Positions 10,947 through 20,330 of a stretch of DNA of 64,000 nt are shown piece after piece. Location of the stretch: IMG/VR virus record IMGVR_UViG_3300029342_000002. One strand, 5' to 3'. Origin of the DNA: a virus. The stretch's first letter is position 1; every line of letters begins with the position of its first letter. A program made the translations under genes and the position numbers. The notes below the pieces were generated by a model. It did no database searches. It saw nothing but the letters and a program-made list of their open reading frames with translations, and was not told the origin of the DNA.

Positions 10947-12143
10947 ATGGCAAAGTATTTAGACGAGAAAGGTCTGTCAAGACTCGTTGTGAAGACCAAA
11001 GAGTATGCGGATCATTCTTCCGCAGCAGTGAAGACAGCTGTAGATGGCTATACCATCAACGGCAAAAAGATTTCCACTAACCCAGTGATTGCAAAGGCTG
11101 ATGTGGGCTTGGCTAACGTGGACAACGTTAAGCAGATACCTGCATCGGAGAAGGGTAAGGCGAACGGCGTGGCAACTCTCGGCACTGACAGCAAACTTAC
11201 AGCGGCACAGATGCCGGCAATGAAGACAATTAACGGTGAGAGCGTCGTGGGTTCTGGTAACATCAAAATAGACCTGTCACTCTACAAGGTTGTTACTGAC
11301 TTTCCTACATCAAACATTGATGCCACGAAGATTTACTTGAAGCTTGCTTCAAGCACAGCTGAAAAGAATGTCTATGCGGAGTATATTTATACTGGTGACA
11401 CAACGGCAGCATACGACGCATCAAAGTGGGAAAAATTGGGTGAGGCGCAGACATCAATTATCGTGGATGCAGCATTCTCTACATCATCGACCAATCCGGT
11501 GCAGAACAAGGTTGTCACAGCTAAGATAAATACAATTCAGGACAATCTTACCGCCCACACCACCAACAACAAGAATCCGCACGGAGTCACCAAAGTTCAG
11601 GTAGGTCTTGGCAACGTAACAAACGAGGCGCAGATACCCTTAAGCCAGAAGGGTGCAAATAACGGTGTAGCTGCTCTTGACGGTGACGGGCACGTCAAGG
11701 ACAGCCACCTGTGGGATGCTTCGGAAGGTTTCCACGGTCTCATTTCAGCAGACGACTGGAAGAGACTTGATGATGTGTACGGTGTGTACGACAGCAAAAC
11801 CATGATGGTCAAAGAGGGTGCTATCCCCACATCCGCATACGGCGTAGTTGAGTTCGGCGGAATGACATCTGGAGAAAACGTCACCATGTCAGGTTCTACA
11901 ACACAAGGAAAGATAATGTTCAACACAACCAAGAAGTGTTTTGTTGAGGTTGTCGGCTCGACACAGTACGGTGCGCTTAGTGGCGGAAACATGTATGGCA
12001 CTCTTTCCGGCGGACTGATCAAGCCTACAGCAGGAAAGATTTACTCAATGGGCACAAGCCTGTATATGCTTGACGCTACGTCAGGCGGTCTTGTCCTTAT
12101 CAACGGCAGGATAGACGAGACCTACATCGAATCATTGTTCTAA
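10947..12143 (+). CDS. tail fibre protein
   Basis: N-terminus MAKYLDEKGLSRLV and internal STNPVQNKVV motif are both shared with the next ORF. G/T/S/N-rich sequence typical of fibres. Confidence 0.7.
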   Translation: MAKYLDEKGLSRLVVKTKEYADHSSAAVKTAVDGYTINGKKISTNPVIAKADVGLANVDNVKQIPASEKGKANGVATLGTDSKLTAAQMPAMKTINGESVVGSGNIKIDLSLYKVVTDFPTSNIDATKIYLKLASSTAEKNVYAEYIYTGDTTAAYDASKWEKLGEAQTSIIVDAAFSTSSTNPVQNKVVTAKINTIQDNLTAHTTNNKNPHGVTKVQVGLGNVTNEAQIPLSQKGANNGVAALDGDGHVKDSHLWDASEGFHGLISADDWKRLDDVYGVYDSKTMMVKEGAIPTSAYGVVEFGGMTSGENVTMSGSTTQGKIMFNTTKKCFVEVVGSTQYGALSGGNMYGTLSGGLIKPTAGKIYSMGTSLYMLDATSGGLVLINGRIDETYIESLF

Positions 12144-12198
12144 TTTTTAATTCATCGCTACGCTCACCTTATTGGTGGGCGTGGCTCAATTTTCTACT

Positions 12199-12915
12199 AT
12201 GGCATATCTTGACGATAAAGGACTCTCCCACCTTGTGACGAAGCTTAAGACAATGCTTTCGTCCTATTTCAACAAGGTAGAGACAATAGGTAGCGGAAAC
12301 GCCATCACTGATGTCACGATAGATGGCAACAAGCTAACCTTTAAGCGCAATACGACATTTGCAACAACCAACAATAACATAACGGTTGACTCGGCTCTCA
12401 GCAGTACATCCACCAACCCGGTGCAGAACAAGGTTGTCTATACGGCTCTCAACGGCAAGGCTTCGACAACACACAGCCACAACATCACATCCCTTAACAA
12501 CGTAAGCGTCACATTGAAGAATGTCACGACGGGAGGTTGGGAAGTTATCGGTTCGGACTATAGCACGGGCACATGGCTGAGGGTCATCAAAGGTGCCAAT
12601 AACGCTCCCGCATGGTACGCCCCAAAATACGCAAGCGGTCTTGCTTTCGGCGTAGGCGACATCAAGGGTGTGCTATCATTGTCGAACTCTCTGACAAAGG
12701 TCTGCTTCGCCTCCGGAGGCATTGCGCAAGGGACTCCAGGCTGGTATTTTACATTGACAGGAACAACCGAGAAAGAGTATAGTCTTGACAACATACCGAA
12801 AAGCAAAATGGCAGCGCAAGCAGAATTGTCTTCCTCAGCATCATTAACAACCGTAATAAACAAAGTAAACGCTATTATAAAAGCATTGAAGACGGCAGGA
12901 ATAATGAACTCTTAA
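12199..12915 (+). CDS. tail fibre protein (paralogous N-terminus)
   Basis: ATG at 12199 gives MAYLDDKGLSHLV, parallel to the previous gene. The tracked start at 12172 is TTG. Shares STNPVQNKVV. Confidence 0.7.
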   Translation: MAYLDDKGLSHLVTKLKTMLSSYFNKVETIGSGNAITDVTIDGNKLTFKRNTTFATTNNNITVDSALSSTSTNPVQNKVVYTALNGKASTTHSHNITSLNNVSVTLKNVTTGGWEVIGSDYSTGTWLRVIKGANNAPAWYAPKYASGLAFGVGDIKGVLSLSNSLTKVCFASGGIAQGTPGWYFTLTGTTEKEYSLDNIPKSKMAAQAELSSSASLTTVINKVNAIIKALKTAGIMNS

Positions 12916-12940
12916 AAAGGGATTTGGCAATGAACGATGA

Positions 12941-12980
12941 GCCTCAATGAGCCTTTCTAAGCCTATCTGTGCCGCTGCTT
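12941..12980 (+). repeat. 10-bp phased GCCT repeat array (locus 1 of 5)
   Basis: GCCTCAATGA GCCTTTCTAA GCCTATCTGT GCCGCTGCTT, in the gap between the fibre gene and the endolysin. Confidence 0.6.
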
Positions 12981-13027
12981 AATGGGCGCAAATAAGAAAC
13001 AATAACTGACAAATAACAAATAAGAAG

Positions 13028-13546
13028 ATGACACCTAAGGAATTTTGTAAATGGATGGCTCCTGCGGCTTATAATGCGGACATTTCGCCCGTGTTTATCA
13101 TTGCTCAGGCGGCACTGGAGAGCGGATGGGGCAAGAGCACCATCGGCAAGTATAATGTATTTGGTATAACGAGAGGCGGGTGGCCTGTGGAGAAATGCCT
13201 GCTTGTCACAACGCATGAGTATTTCAGGACTAAGACGGTGAGGTTCACGGCGCCGGAGAAGGTGGTGAAGATTGAGTATGTGGCTGGCAAGGGTCTGTAT
13301 AAGTATACTTGCAAGCGGCTGTTCCGAAACTACGCCACTCTTGGCGAGGCGCTGAGAGACCATGCGGCTGTGCTGAAGCATTCATGGCCGGAAGCTTGGG
13401 CGTACCGTATGAGTCCTGAGAACTACGTGAAGAAGATACAGGAGGGGCGGAAAAAGTATGCGACGGCTCCGAACTACGTGGAGACTATGGAGAGGATGTT
13501 CGGGACGGTGAGAAAGGCTATGAAGGAGGCTGGACTGAGCTGCTAA
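13028..13546 (+). CDS. endolysin, GH73 glucosaminidase/FlgJ-like
   Basis: AQAALESGWGKS signature of mannosyl-glycoprotein endo-beta-N-acetylglucosaminidase-type lysins. Followed by holin-like and spanin-like genes. Confidence 0.85.
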   Translation: MTPKEFCKWMAPAAYNADISPVFIIAQAALESGWGKSTIGKYNVFGITRGGWPVEKCLLVTTHEYFRTKTVRFTAPEKVVKIEYVAGKGLYKYTCKRLFRNYATLGEALRDHAAVLKHSWPEAWAYRMSPENYVKKIQEGRKKYATAPNYVETMERMFGTVRKAMKEAGLSC

Positions 13547-13616
13547 GCTTCTTGGCTTTTAGGAAGGATTATTCTTTTGTTTGGGATTTTTTGTTAATGT
13601 AAAAAAGATTGATTGG

Positions 13617-14093
13617 ATGGTTAATAACTTGACTACAAGTACGGGTAAGGCCGTCGTTTTGGGGACAATGGGAGGGGAGGCGCTGTCTGCGCTCTTCGAT
13701 TTGAGATGGATGTTGGTGCTGATAGTGGTGCTGATAGTGGCGGACTTCTGGTTCGGCGTGAGCGAGAGTCTGCATAAACATGAGCATTTCCGCTTTTCGA
13801 GAGCGGGCAGAAGAACGTGTAACAAGGCGGTGGACTATATCACGTATCTGATATTAGGTTCGGTGCTCGGTCTGGCTATCTTCGAGCCGTTGGGATGGAC
13901 GAATCATGTGGTGACGGCGGCGGTAGGACTTGGCTTTGGGTGTGTATGGGAGGTGGACTCTATCGTCGGGCATGTGTGTGAGCTGCACGGCGTGAAGAAC
14001 AGGTTCTCGATAAAGCGCTTCATTATAGCATTGATGAAGAAGAAAGACGAGGACATCGGCGAGGCTGTGGAGGAGGCGATGAAAAAAGAGTGA
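13617..14093 (+). CDS. holin-like membrane protein
   Basis: ATG at 13617 (tracked start 13581 is TTG). Three hydrophobic helices (LVLIVVLIVADFWFGV, ITYLILGSVLGLAIF, VVTAAVGLGFGCVW) and a charged C-tail. Lies next to the endolysin. Confidence 0.6.
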   Translation: MVNNLTTSTGKAVVLGTMGGEALSALFDLRWMLVLIVVLIVADFWFGVSESLHKHEHFRFSRAGRRTCNKAVDYITYLILGSVLGLAIFEPLGWTNHVVTAAVGLGFGCVWEVDSIVGHVCELHGVKNRFSIKRFIIALMKKKDEDIGEAVEEAMKKE

Positions 14094-14124
14094 AGGAAGA
14101 TAAAGTTTTTAAGGAGAAACGGTT

Positions 14125-14670
14125 ATGATGGACGAATTATATAGTAAATTTGTAGGAGCACTGTGGGGGATGCTGCTCTGCCTGATGGTCAGTATGCTGG
14201 CCGGCTGCGGCGCGAAGAAGCCCGCGGTGCTGACAAGAACGGACAGCGTGAGGGTGACGAAGGTGGCGAAGGACACTGTGTACTGGAACCGCATAGTGCT
14301 GAGATACGTGGAGAGGGCGAAGACGGACAAGACCGTGAACAGGGACTCGACGGCTACGACCGTGGACGAAGACGGAAACGTAAAGAAGACGGAGGCTTGG
14401 CACTGGAGGGACAGGTACGTGGAGAACTCGCTGAACACGCTAATGAAGGACAGCTTGGAGACGTACAAGGCGATGGTGGACTCGATGGCGAACATTGGCA
14501 GAAAAAACAATGACGTGCCTGTGCCGGTGGAGAGAAAGCTGAGCTGGTGGGAGAGAAACATAGAAAAGCCCATCGCGTCCTGCATCGTTGTCATAATAAT
14601 AGGCGCTGTGGTTCTGCTGACTCTCAGATATGCGAGAGGAAGGCTGAAGAACGGCGGGAAGAAAGAATAA
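14125..14670 (+). CDS. lipoprotein with C-terminal TM helix (unimolecular spanin-like architecture)
   Basis: Signal peptide with lipobox LAGC (MLLCLMVSMLAGCG) and a C-terminal helix IVVIIIGAVVLLTL. Last gene of the lysis cassette. Confidence 0.5.
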   Translation: MMDELYSKFVGALWGMLLCLMVSMLAGCGAKKPAVLTRTDSVRVTKVAKDTVYWNRIVLRYVERAKTDKTVNRDSTATTVDEDGNVKKTEAWHWRDRYVENSLNTLMKDSLETYKAMVDSMANIGRKNNDVPVPVERKLSWWERNIEKPIASCIVVIIIGAVVLLTLRYARGRLKNGGKKE

Positions 14671-14908
14671 AAAAGAAATTGTTTGGATTATTAGATATGG
14701 TTAATGGCTTTAGTTATTAGTTTTTTAATTTAAGGTTAATAGATTTGTTTCAGGTAAGCCTTGCCCGTCCGTAGAGGATAGGTAAGGCTTTAATTTCCAA
14801 ATTGTAATAATAAACCTTTTTTACATAACACTTTGCCACTTAAATCAAGTATGTATTAACTATTTGAAAAATTAACAGTTAAATTAACTGCATTCTGATA
14901 ATTTTTGC

Positions 14909-14916
14909 TATATTTG
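14909..14916 (+). promoter_or_regulatory. candidate Bacteroidetes -7 promoter box
   Basis: TATATTTG matches TAnnTTTG and lies 30 nt upstream of the ATG at 14946, within a 275-bp AT-rich gap. Confidence 0.3.
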
Positions 14917-14945
14917 CACAATATCAGATTTTAGACTAAACGATT

Positions 14946-15452
14946 ATGACAGAAGAAAAGAAAAAGGCACTCCTTTCTGTTTTAGACGGAATGGACGTGA
15001 GCGAGGTTATCTCGCTGTTAATAATGAGTGGTAACAGCTATTCAAGAAGATTGTTGAAATTCATCAAGTGGATAACTAAATGGCTACCTATATGTATAAT
15101 GGTGTGGCATAGTTTTGCCATGTTGGATTTCTCAAAGAATCCGAGAGAAATGTTTATCGTGCATTCCGAACACTGGCCAAGCTACGCATTTATATATGTG
15201 TTACTGTATGTATTACCACTTGTGCTCATACTGTTCAGTAGATTCTTCTGGCTGTGTTGGGTATACAGGATTCCGTTCTTTTATTACTTCGGTGTAAATG
15301 CTATACATCTCACTTATTGGTCTTGGTATACCACTAAAGAAATGGTAATGTCATGTATGTCTGTAATAGTAATGACAGGAGTATTTTACTTGTACTGGGT
15401 AATAGATTGGTTATTAACAAGAACAAGAATAGGTAAAAGGATTTTCTTCTAA
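14946..15452 (+). CDS. multi-pass membrane protein (paralog of 17749-18156)
   Basis: Four to five hydrophobic segments. Shares WV[YW]RIPF[FL]Y and an upstream YA.IYV.L motif with the 17749 ORF. Confidence 0.6.
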   Translation: MTEEKKKALLSVLDGMDVSEVISLLIMSGNSYSRRLLKFIKWITKWLPICIMVWHSFAMLDFSKNPREMFIVHSEHWPSYAFIYVLLYVLPLVLILFSRFFWLCWVYRIPFFYYFGVNAIHLTYWSWYTTKEMVMSCMSVIVMTGVFYLYWVIDWLLTRTRIGKRIFF

Positions 15453-15458
15453 AGCAAA

Positions 15459-15812
15459 ATGGCTATGAAAAGAAAAGTATTCAACTATTACACCTTGGCT
15501 CTCATTCTGAAATCTCTGTATGAGAGCTGTATGAAGGCATGGGAACAACAGAAGAATGGAGAAAAGGTAACAGCTTGTGGAATGTCAGATGAAGATATAG
15601 AAGAATTATGCGAAGACTATCTTCCGAATCTGATGAATCCTATGATGTCTAAAGAAGAAGTACAACGTAAGCTTGGTGTCAGTGAAGCTACACTCAACAG
15701 AATGGTAAAAAGAGGTGATATTCCAAACGGACAGCAAGACGTAGGAGGTCATGTTAGATGGTGGAAAAAATGGGATATACTACCATTCATAAGGAAAAAG
15801 CATAAGAAATGA
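15459..15812 (+). CDS. HTH DNA-binding protein (AlpA/excisionase-like C-terminus)
   Basis: Segment EVQRKLGVSEATLNRMVKRGDIP resembles a MerR/excisionase-type helix-turn-helix. Confidence 0.55.
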   Translation: MAMKRKVFNYYTLALILKSLYESCMKAWEQQKNGEKVTACGMSDEDIEELCEDYLPNLMNPMMSKEEVQRKLGVSEATLNRMVKRGDIPNGQQDVGGHVRWWKKWDILPFIRKKHKK

Positions 15813-15866
15813 TAGTATATGTTATCAACGTAAACAACTGAATTTCAGAGAATAATAAAAAATGTG

Positions 15867-15906
15867 AGCGTGTTATGGCTTTATTGGTCGTAACACGCTA
15901 ATTTTG
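15867..15906 (+). terminator. hairpin terminator candidate
   Basis: AGCGTGTTA (15867-15875) pairs with TAACACGCT (15891-15899), followed by AATTTTG. Confidence 0.45.
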
Positions 15907-15964
15907 TGCCTGTAACGTTACAGAATAGTGTTAGTTAATATTGAGGATTTAAAAAGATTGTATT

Positions 15965-16690
15965 ATGGAGATGACAGATGCAAAAGTAGTAGAGAAGAAA
16001 ATCTACGAAGAGGGAAAGAAGCACGATGATTATGCTTCTAAGGCAACAGGTAATGCTGGTCTTACCCTTGGTATCATCGGCACGGCACTCGGTGCTGGCG
16101 CTTGGTTGCTTGGCGGTAACAACCGCAGCGTGTTTGGTTCTCTCGGTGGCAGCAACATGCCTGAGAACGTGAACATCAACGCCTATGGGGCTAACGCAAG
16201 CTCAAATCAGCCAACCGCCTTGCAGGTAATGGAGAAGGAATGCGCTGATGAGGTGAAGCTGCTTACCGACATGTTCGGTTTGAAGCTCGACACCGCTAAC
16301 AAGTTCTACGCTATGCGTGAGACTGACATCGCAGAGAAGTTCTCTATGTACAAGGGTGCTAACGATGCTATCAACGCTGAGAACCGCCGTGCAATGCAGG
16401 CTGAGTTTGGTCTTTACAAGTCTCAGATTGATGCGGACTTCGGTCTGTACAAGAATCAGAGAGACCAGTATGACGCACTACAGGCTAAGTATAGTGACCT
16501 CGACAAGAAGGTAGCCGTGATGGAGGCTCTTACTCCTTACAAGGAGAAGCTGATGATGGCTTACGTTAACGAGAAGTGTTGCCGCAAGATAGATGGTCAG
16601 CTTGTGCTCCCTTCTACGCCAGTAGTTACTGGTTACGGCAGCTATTGCTGTAACGGTACTGCTCCTTCCACTCCCACTACAGGAGCGTAA
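15965..16690 (+). CDS. hypothetical protein with one TM segment and GLYK repeats
   Basis: 241 aa. Contains GLTLGIIGTALGAGAWLLGG and the repeated FSMYKG / FGLYKS / FGLYKN. No family recognised. Confidence 0.6.
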   Translation: MEMTDAKVVEKKIYEEGKKHDDYASKATGNAGLTLGIIGTALGAGAWLLGGNNRSVFGSLGGSNMPENVNINAYGANASSNQPTALQVMEKECADEVKLLTDMFGLKLDTANKFYAMRETDIAEKFSMYKGANDAINAENRRAMQAEFGLYKSQIDADFGLYKNQRDQYDALQAKYSDLDKKVAVMEALTPYKEKLMMAYVNEKCCRKIDGQLVLPSTPVVTGYGSYCCNGTAPSTPTTGA

Positions 16691-16813
16691 CAGAGCTGTA
16701 AGGAAGTCGGTTAGACGGACTAAGAAAAAATGAGTTGGTGAGGGGCGTTTGCCCTCGTTGGTGGATGCCCTCTCACCTCTCTATAACATATCACCAACTT
16801 AAAGATATTGATT

Positions 16814-17305
16814 ATGATGAATTTTGGAAACAGCCCATTATTGGATATGGGTACAGGCCAGCAGCATCCGCAGATGATGGATGCCGAGCTACAGAAGATG
16901 TATGAGGCAATACAGCAGAAGCGAGCATCTATCAATATGCAAGCACAGCAGTCTTCCACCCCTTTATGGGATGAGATTGACAAGATTGAAGACAATCTTA
17001 CGGGCGCACAACGTCAGTACTTGATGCAGAATCAAGAGTACGTTGACAGCTTGCAATATGTGTCAAAACTTGTGCAAGACGAGGAATTGCGCATCATACG
17101 TCCTCGTATTGAAAGCACTCAGCAAGGACAAGACGCATTGAAGAAACATCTATCATTGATGCAACGACTGAGAAAAGAAGTAGCGCAAGCAGAGGAACAA
17201 AAATCAGCTATGCTTAACGATTATATGACAAACCATAGTGACAAGACTTGGCAGGAATATCTTGCTATGGTTCAAGGAACGAAGAAGGGAGGGAATAAGA
17301 AATGA
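16814..17305 (+). CDS. hypothetical protein
   Basis: First ATG at 16814 (tracked start is TTG at 16808). Stop overlaps the next start. Confidence 0.55.
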   Translation: MMNFGNSPLLDMGTGQQHPQMMDAELQKMYEAIQQKRASINMQAQQSSTPLWDEIDKIEDNLTGAQRQYLMQNQEYVDSLQYVSKLVQDEELRIIRPRIESTQQGQDALKKHLSLMQRLRKEVAQAEEQKSAMLNDYMTNHSDKTWQEYLAMVQGTKKGGNKK

Positions 17306-17733
17306 ACTTACAAAAACTGAAAGAACGTCTTGCGCCGTCAATGGAAACCTGGATAGACGCAAGAATTGACGACATGATAAAAGGCAATCCGTCGCTTGCC
17401 ATACCTTCTGTGTATATGAAACGAGCAGCGCACAATATCGTTTGTCGTAACAAGGAAAAATGGGAAGAGAAAATTGACGATCTATCCCTGTTTGTCGCTG
17501 ATGAAAATGGAGTTGTTGATGCGGAATCTGTTTTCGAAGACGCGATGCAAATACTGAAAGCGATGGAGAAAAAGCCTTTTGATATCGGGCTTCTTCATGG
17601 CACAATAGGCGAAGGATGTATCTCTATTGATATGCCTGACGGTATTATCTCTGCCTTGTTGTTTGGCAGCAACAAGAGTATAGCCATTACCACAGATGAT
17701 ATTGCCGAATTAAAGAATATATTAATCACGTAA
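17302..17733 (+). CDS. hypothetical protein
   Basis: 143-aa ORF with a 4-nt overlap to the upstream gene. Confidence 0.55.
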   Translation: MNLQKLKERLAPSMETWIDARIDDMIKGNPSLAIPSVYMKRAAHNIVCRNKEKWEEKIDDLSLFVADENGVVDAESVFEDAMQILKAMEKKPFDIGLLHGTIGEGCISIDMPDGIISALLFGSNKSIAITTDDIAELKNILIT

Positions 17734-17748
17734 GATAAATTTAGCGGT

Positions 17749-18156
17749 ATGAAAACAATACAGACAAATACGCTTGCCGAAAAGCTGTTTTGGTTTTACA
17801 GAATCGGCATAAGAGTGATACCTATACTCCTTATGGTTTTACACTGGCTGGGTGTGCATTGGTTTCACCATAACGCCGCATCAATGGGCTTGGATCTGAA
17901 CGAGAACGCCGTTTTGGTGGTGTCGTTATACGCATTGGCGTATGTCGTACTGCCTGCCGTTCTGCTGCCGGCAAGCTTTCTTTTCAAGTTCGGCTGGGTG
18001 TGGCGAATACCGTTCCTGTATCTTGCAGGAGTTATTCTGATAAGGTTAGGGCACGGCACGCTGTGTATTTCAGAAACGACACGGATAGCGGACTATACGC
18101 TGATTGTTCTAACGTTACTGCTGTACGGTCGGGCGTTTACGTTGCAGGATAGATAA
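17749..18156 (+). CDS. multi-pass membrane protein (paralog of 14946-15452)
   Basis: Shares FGWVWRIPFLYLAGV with FWLCWVYRIPFFYYFGV of the 14946 ORF. Four hydrophobic segments. Confidence 0.6.
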   Translation: MKTIQTNTLAEKLFWFYRIGIRVIPILLMVLHWLGVHWFHHNAASMGLDLNENAVLVVSLYALAYVVLPAVLLPASFLFKFGWVWRIPFLYLAGVILIRLGHGTLCISETTRIADYTLIVLTLLLYGRAFTLQDR

Positions 18157-18157
18157 C

Positions 18158-18206
18158 AAAAAAACGCGCACGGACAACAAGATGTTACTCCTGCTGCCCG
18201 TGCGCG
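18158..18206 (-). terminator. hairpin terminator between convergent operons
   Basis: CGCGCACGG (18165-18173) pairs with CCGTGCGCG (18198-18206). The A7 run at 18158-18164 gives a T-run on the minus strand. The loop is long (24 nt). Confidence 0.45.
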
Positions 18207-18218
18207 GTTGACATCGGT

Positions 18219-18965
18219 CTACTCTCCGAAGTTTTCCGGTCTGTACTCCGGGTTCAGCTGCAACGCATACTCTCCTGCGCGGTCGTAGATGCCCTCGTTA
18301 GAGAGTTTCGTTATGATATTCTTCGCTGCCTGAACGCTGTCCGCATCGTCGTTGATGTCAATGTCCGGCATCCCCGGTATCGAGTTTATTACGGACTGCA
18401 TGGCGTTGTTCCAGTTGTGTTGCAAATCCAGAGCATTGCCTTCGTTGAAGTCCGGGCGCAAGTCTATTCCTATCCTCTTCTGGATATTGTCAAACAGGTT
18501 TCTGAACAGGCTTACCGCAACATCTATCAGCACCATTGCCGCCTCCATACGGGCGATGATTTTGCTCTTCGGCACATGGTTCTTCAAGAAATAGTTGTCG
18601 ATGCAGTAATAGAGCGTTTTGACGAGCGGTTTGAGTTCCGCCTCCGACGCGTCAGACAGGTCAAGCCAAAGCTGATAGCGGTCGGCAAGAACAAAGCGCA
18701 TCTTCGCATCCCATGTGTTGTATGCGGCAAGAGCCTTGTTGATGCTTTGCTTTGTCTTTTGACGATACAGCTTCTTGTCCTCTTTAATTGCGCCCCAAGC
18801 GTCTATCATAGCTGTCTGGGCAATATTGTACGCCGACCCCATTGTGATGTAATACAGCGAACAATAGCGGTCAATGCTCTTTAACAATTCCTCTTTCTGC
18901 TTTACGCTTGGCGCAATGACATACGGTCTTCTTGGGGTGCGGCTTATTAAATAGCTTGCGTTCAT
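18219..18965 (-). CDS. hypothetical protein
   Basis: ATG at 18965 lies 2 nt after the stop of the upstream gene. The longer tracked ORF would overlap that gene. No family recognised. Confidence 0.6.
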   Translation of the reverse strand: MNASYLISRTPRRPYVIAPSVKQKEELLKSIDRYCSLYYITMGSAYNIAQTAMIDAWGAIKEDKKLYRQKTKQSINKALAAYNTWDAKMRFVLADRYQLWLDLSDASEAELKPLVKTLYYCIDNYFLKNHVPKSKIIARMEAAMVLIDVAVSLFRNLFDNIQKRIGIDLRPDFNEGNALDLQHNWNNAMQSVINSIPGMPDIDINDDADSVQAAKNIITKLSNEGIYDRAGEYALQLNPEYRPENFGE

Positions 18966-18967
18966 GA

Positions 18968-19303
18968 TTATATCGCGTTTGTGATTTGTAAATCGTGCGT
19001 CTCGCCTATCACGCCGACAACCGGTATTCCGCAAGCGTCAGCCACACGGCGTTCTGTTTCACAGCCTTTGGAACAACGCCATCGGTTCGGTACGACAATG
19101 CCGTCGCAGCCGAGGAGCAGACGTAAGTCCTCTTTCATGTGCTCCGTGTGCGGCGCAGAGTCGGGCAGCGGTTTAGCCATGGGATTGACTGCCTTGTAGC
19201 CGAGGATTGTCAGTTCATTCTCGATCCGAGCGAAAAACTTGTGTCGCTCGTTGAGGTTGTAGCCAGTAATCGGCGATGATATGTATATTTTCTTTTTGCT
19301 CAT
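18968..19303 (-). CDS. DUF4406 / nucleoside 2-deoxyribosyltransferase-like protein
   Basis: N-terminus KKIYISSPITGYN....F......L...GY.AVNP is the pattern I associate with DUF4406 (NDT-like Rossmann fold). 111 aa. Confidence 0.55.
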   Translation of the reverse strand: MSKKKIYISSPITGYNLNERHKFFARIENELTILGYKAVNPMAKPLPDSAPHTEHMKEDLRLLLGCDGIVVPNRWRCSKGCETERRVADACGIPVVGVIGETHDLQITNAI

Positions 19304-19317
19304 TTTTGTTTATCAGA

Positions 19318-20328
19318 TTAAAATATCACTTCTTTGTAGCTTGATGTTGGCTTCTTGCCGGACAGGATTGCATTGCCACAAGTAATCAGTCCGTTGTCCT
19401 CGTCATACGACGGAACGAACACTATTACATCAAATCCGTTTGCCTTCAAATCTTCTTCCACTTTCTTGTACGGCACAAACGAGTCGTAACCTCCGCTTGT
19501 CTGAATATGGTTGGCTTCGCAGCTGTTCGTTCGGTGGAGCGGTGTAATCTTACACATGAACTTGCTTGGGTCGAACATGGACGCAAGTACCTTGCCGTCA
19601 ATGATAGAGTCGTCAGCAAGTGCGAAGTTAAGAGTGTACTTGCGACCGCGCGGAGTTTCGAGTGTGTCAGCAAGCTCTGCAATATCTTTCAATGGTAGAG
19701 CATTGCCCGAGAACAGGTATTCTCGCTGCGCGTCGTCGGTAGAGTTTATAGAGAACTGCAAGCCTGCGTTTCCGTTGTAGTCGGTATTCTTAACTCTAAC
19801 CCATTTGTGGATAAAATCATATAAGTTACAATTATGCTTCGGGAGCATTGTGCTTACTACAGGATGCACAAGTGAATTTCCGATGTAGGGAACAATATCT
19901 ACGCGCAAGAAGAAGCGCGCGTGCTCGATTACAGCCTCGTTCCATGTCGGCTCGCCCATGCGTGCATAGTGTACATTAAGGCGTTTGGTGTGATTAACCT
20001 CTGGGTGCATACTTAATGCCGTTGTTATCTCGTTGCGCAGGTCGTTCAGTGTCACGTTGCGTCCCGGTCCGACTTTCGGCACGTCACAGAACTTGCAGTT
20101 CATCGAACAGCCGTACTGGGTAGAGATTGTTATCACCCATTTTTCGGTTAGGGGCATTGGCGTTCCGTTCGGCACACCATTCAGCTCTCTTGTTATGCCG
20201 AGGAAGTCGGCTTTGATGTTTGCATCTTTCCCGTAGTCGGCTACTGTCAGAAACTCCAACACGCCTTTGTTTCCTTTTGCGGTGTAGATTTCACCTGTAG
20301 GAACTTTGATTTCTTTGAGTATTTGCAT
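19318..20328 (-). CDS. radical SAM enzyme, RlmN/Cfr-like
   Basis: ISTQYGCSMNCKFC (CxxxCxxC in the RlmN-like context SxQxGCxxxCKFC), MGEPTWN, LQFSINSTDDAQREYL, CKITPLHRTN, and C-terminal GFDVIVFV..DNGLITCGNA. These parallel RlmN blocks as I recall them. Confidence 0.65.
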   Translation of the reverse strand: MQILKEIKVPTGEIYTAKGNKGVLEFLTVADYGKDANIKADFLGITRELNGVPNGTPMPLTEKWVITISTQYGCSMNCKFCDVPKVGPGRNVTLNDLRNEITTALSMHPEVNHTKRLNVHYARMGEPTWNEAVIEHARFFLRVDIVPYIGNSLVHPVVSTMLPKHNCNLYDFIHKWVRVKNTDYNGNAGLQFSINSTDDAQREYLFSGNALPLKDIAELADTLETPRGRKYTLNFALADDSIIDGKVLASMFDPSKFMCKITPLHRTNSCEANHIQTSGGYDSFVPYKKVEEDLKANGFDVIVFVPSYDEDNGLITCGNAILSGKKPTSSYKEVIF

Positions 20329-20330
20329 TG

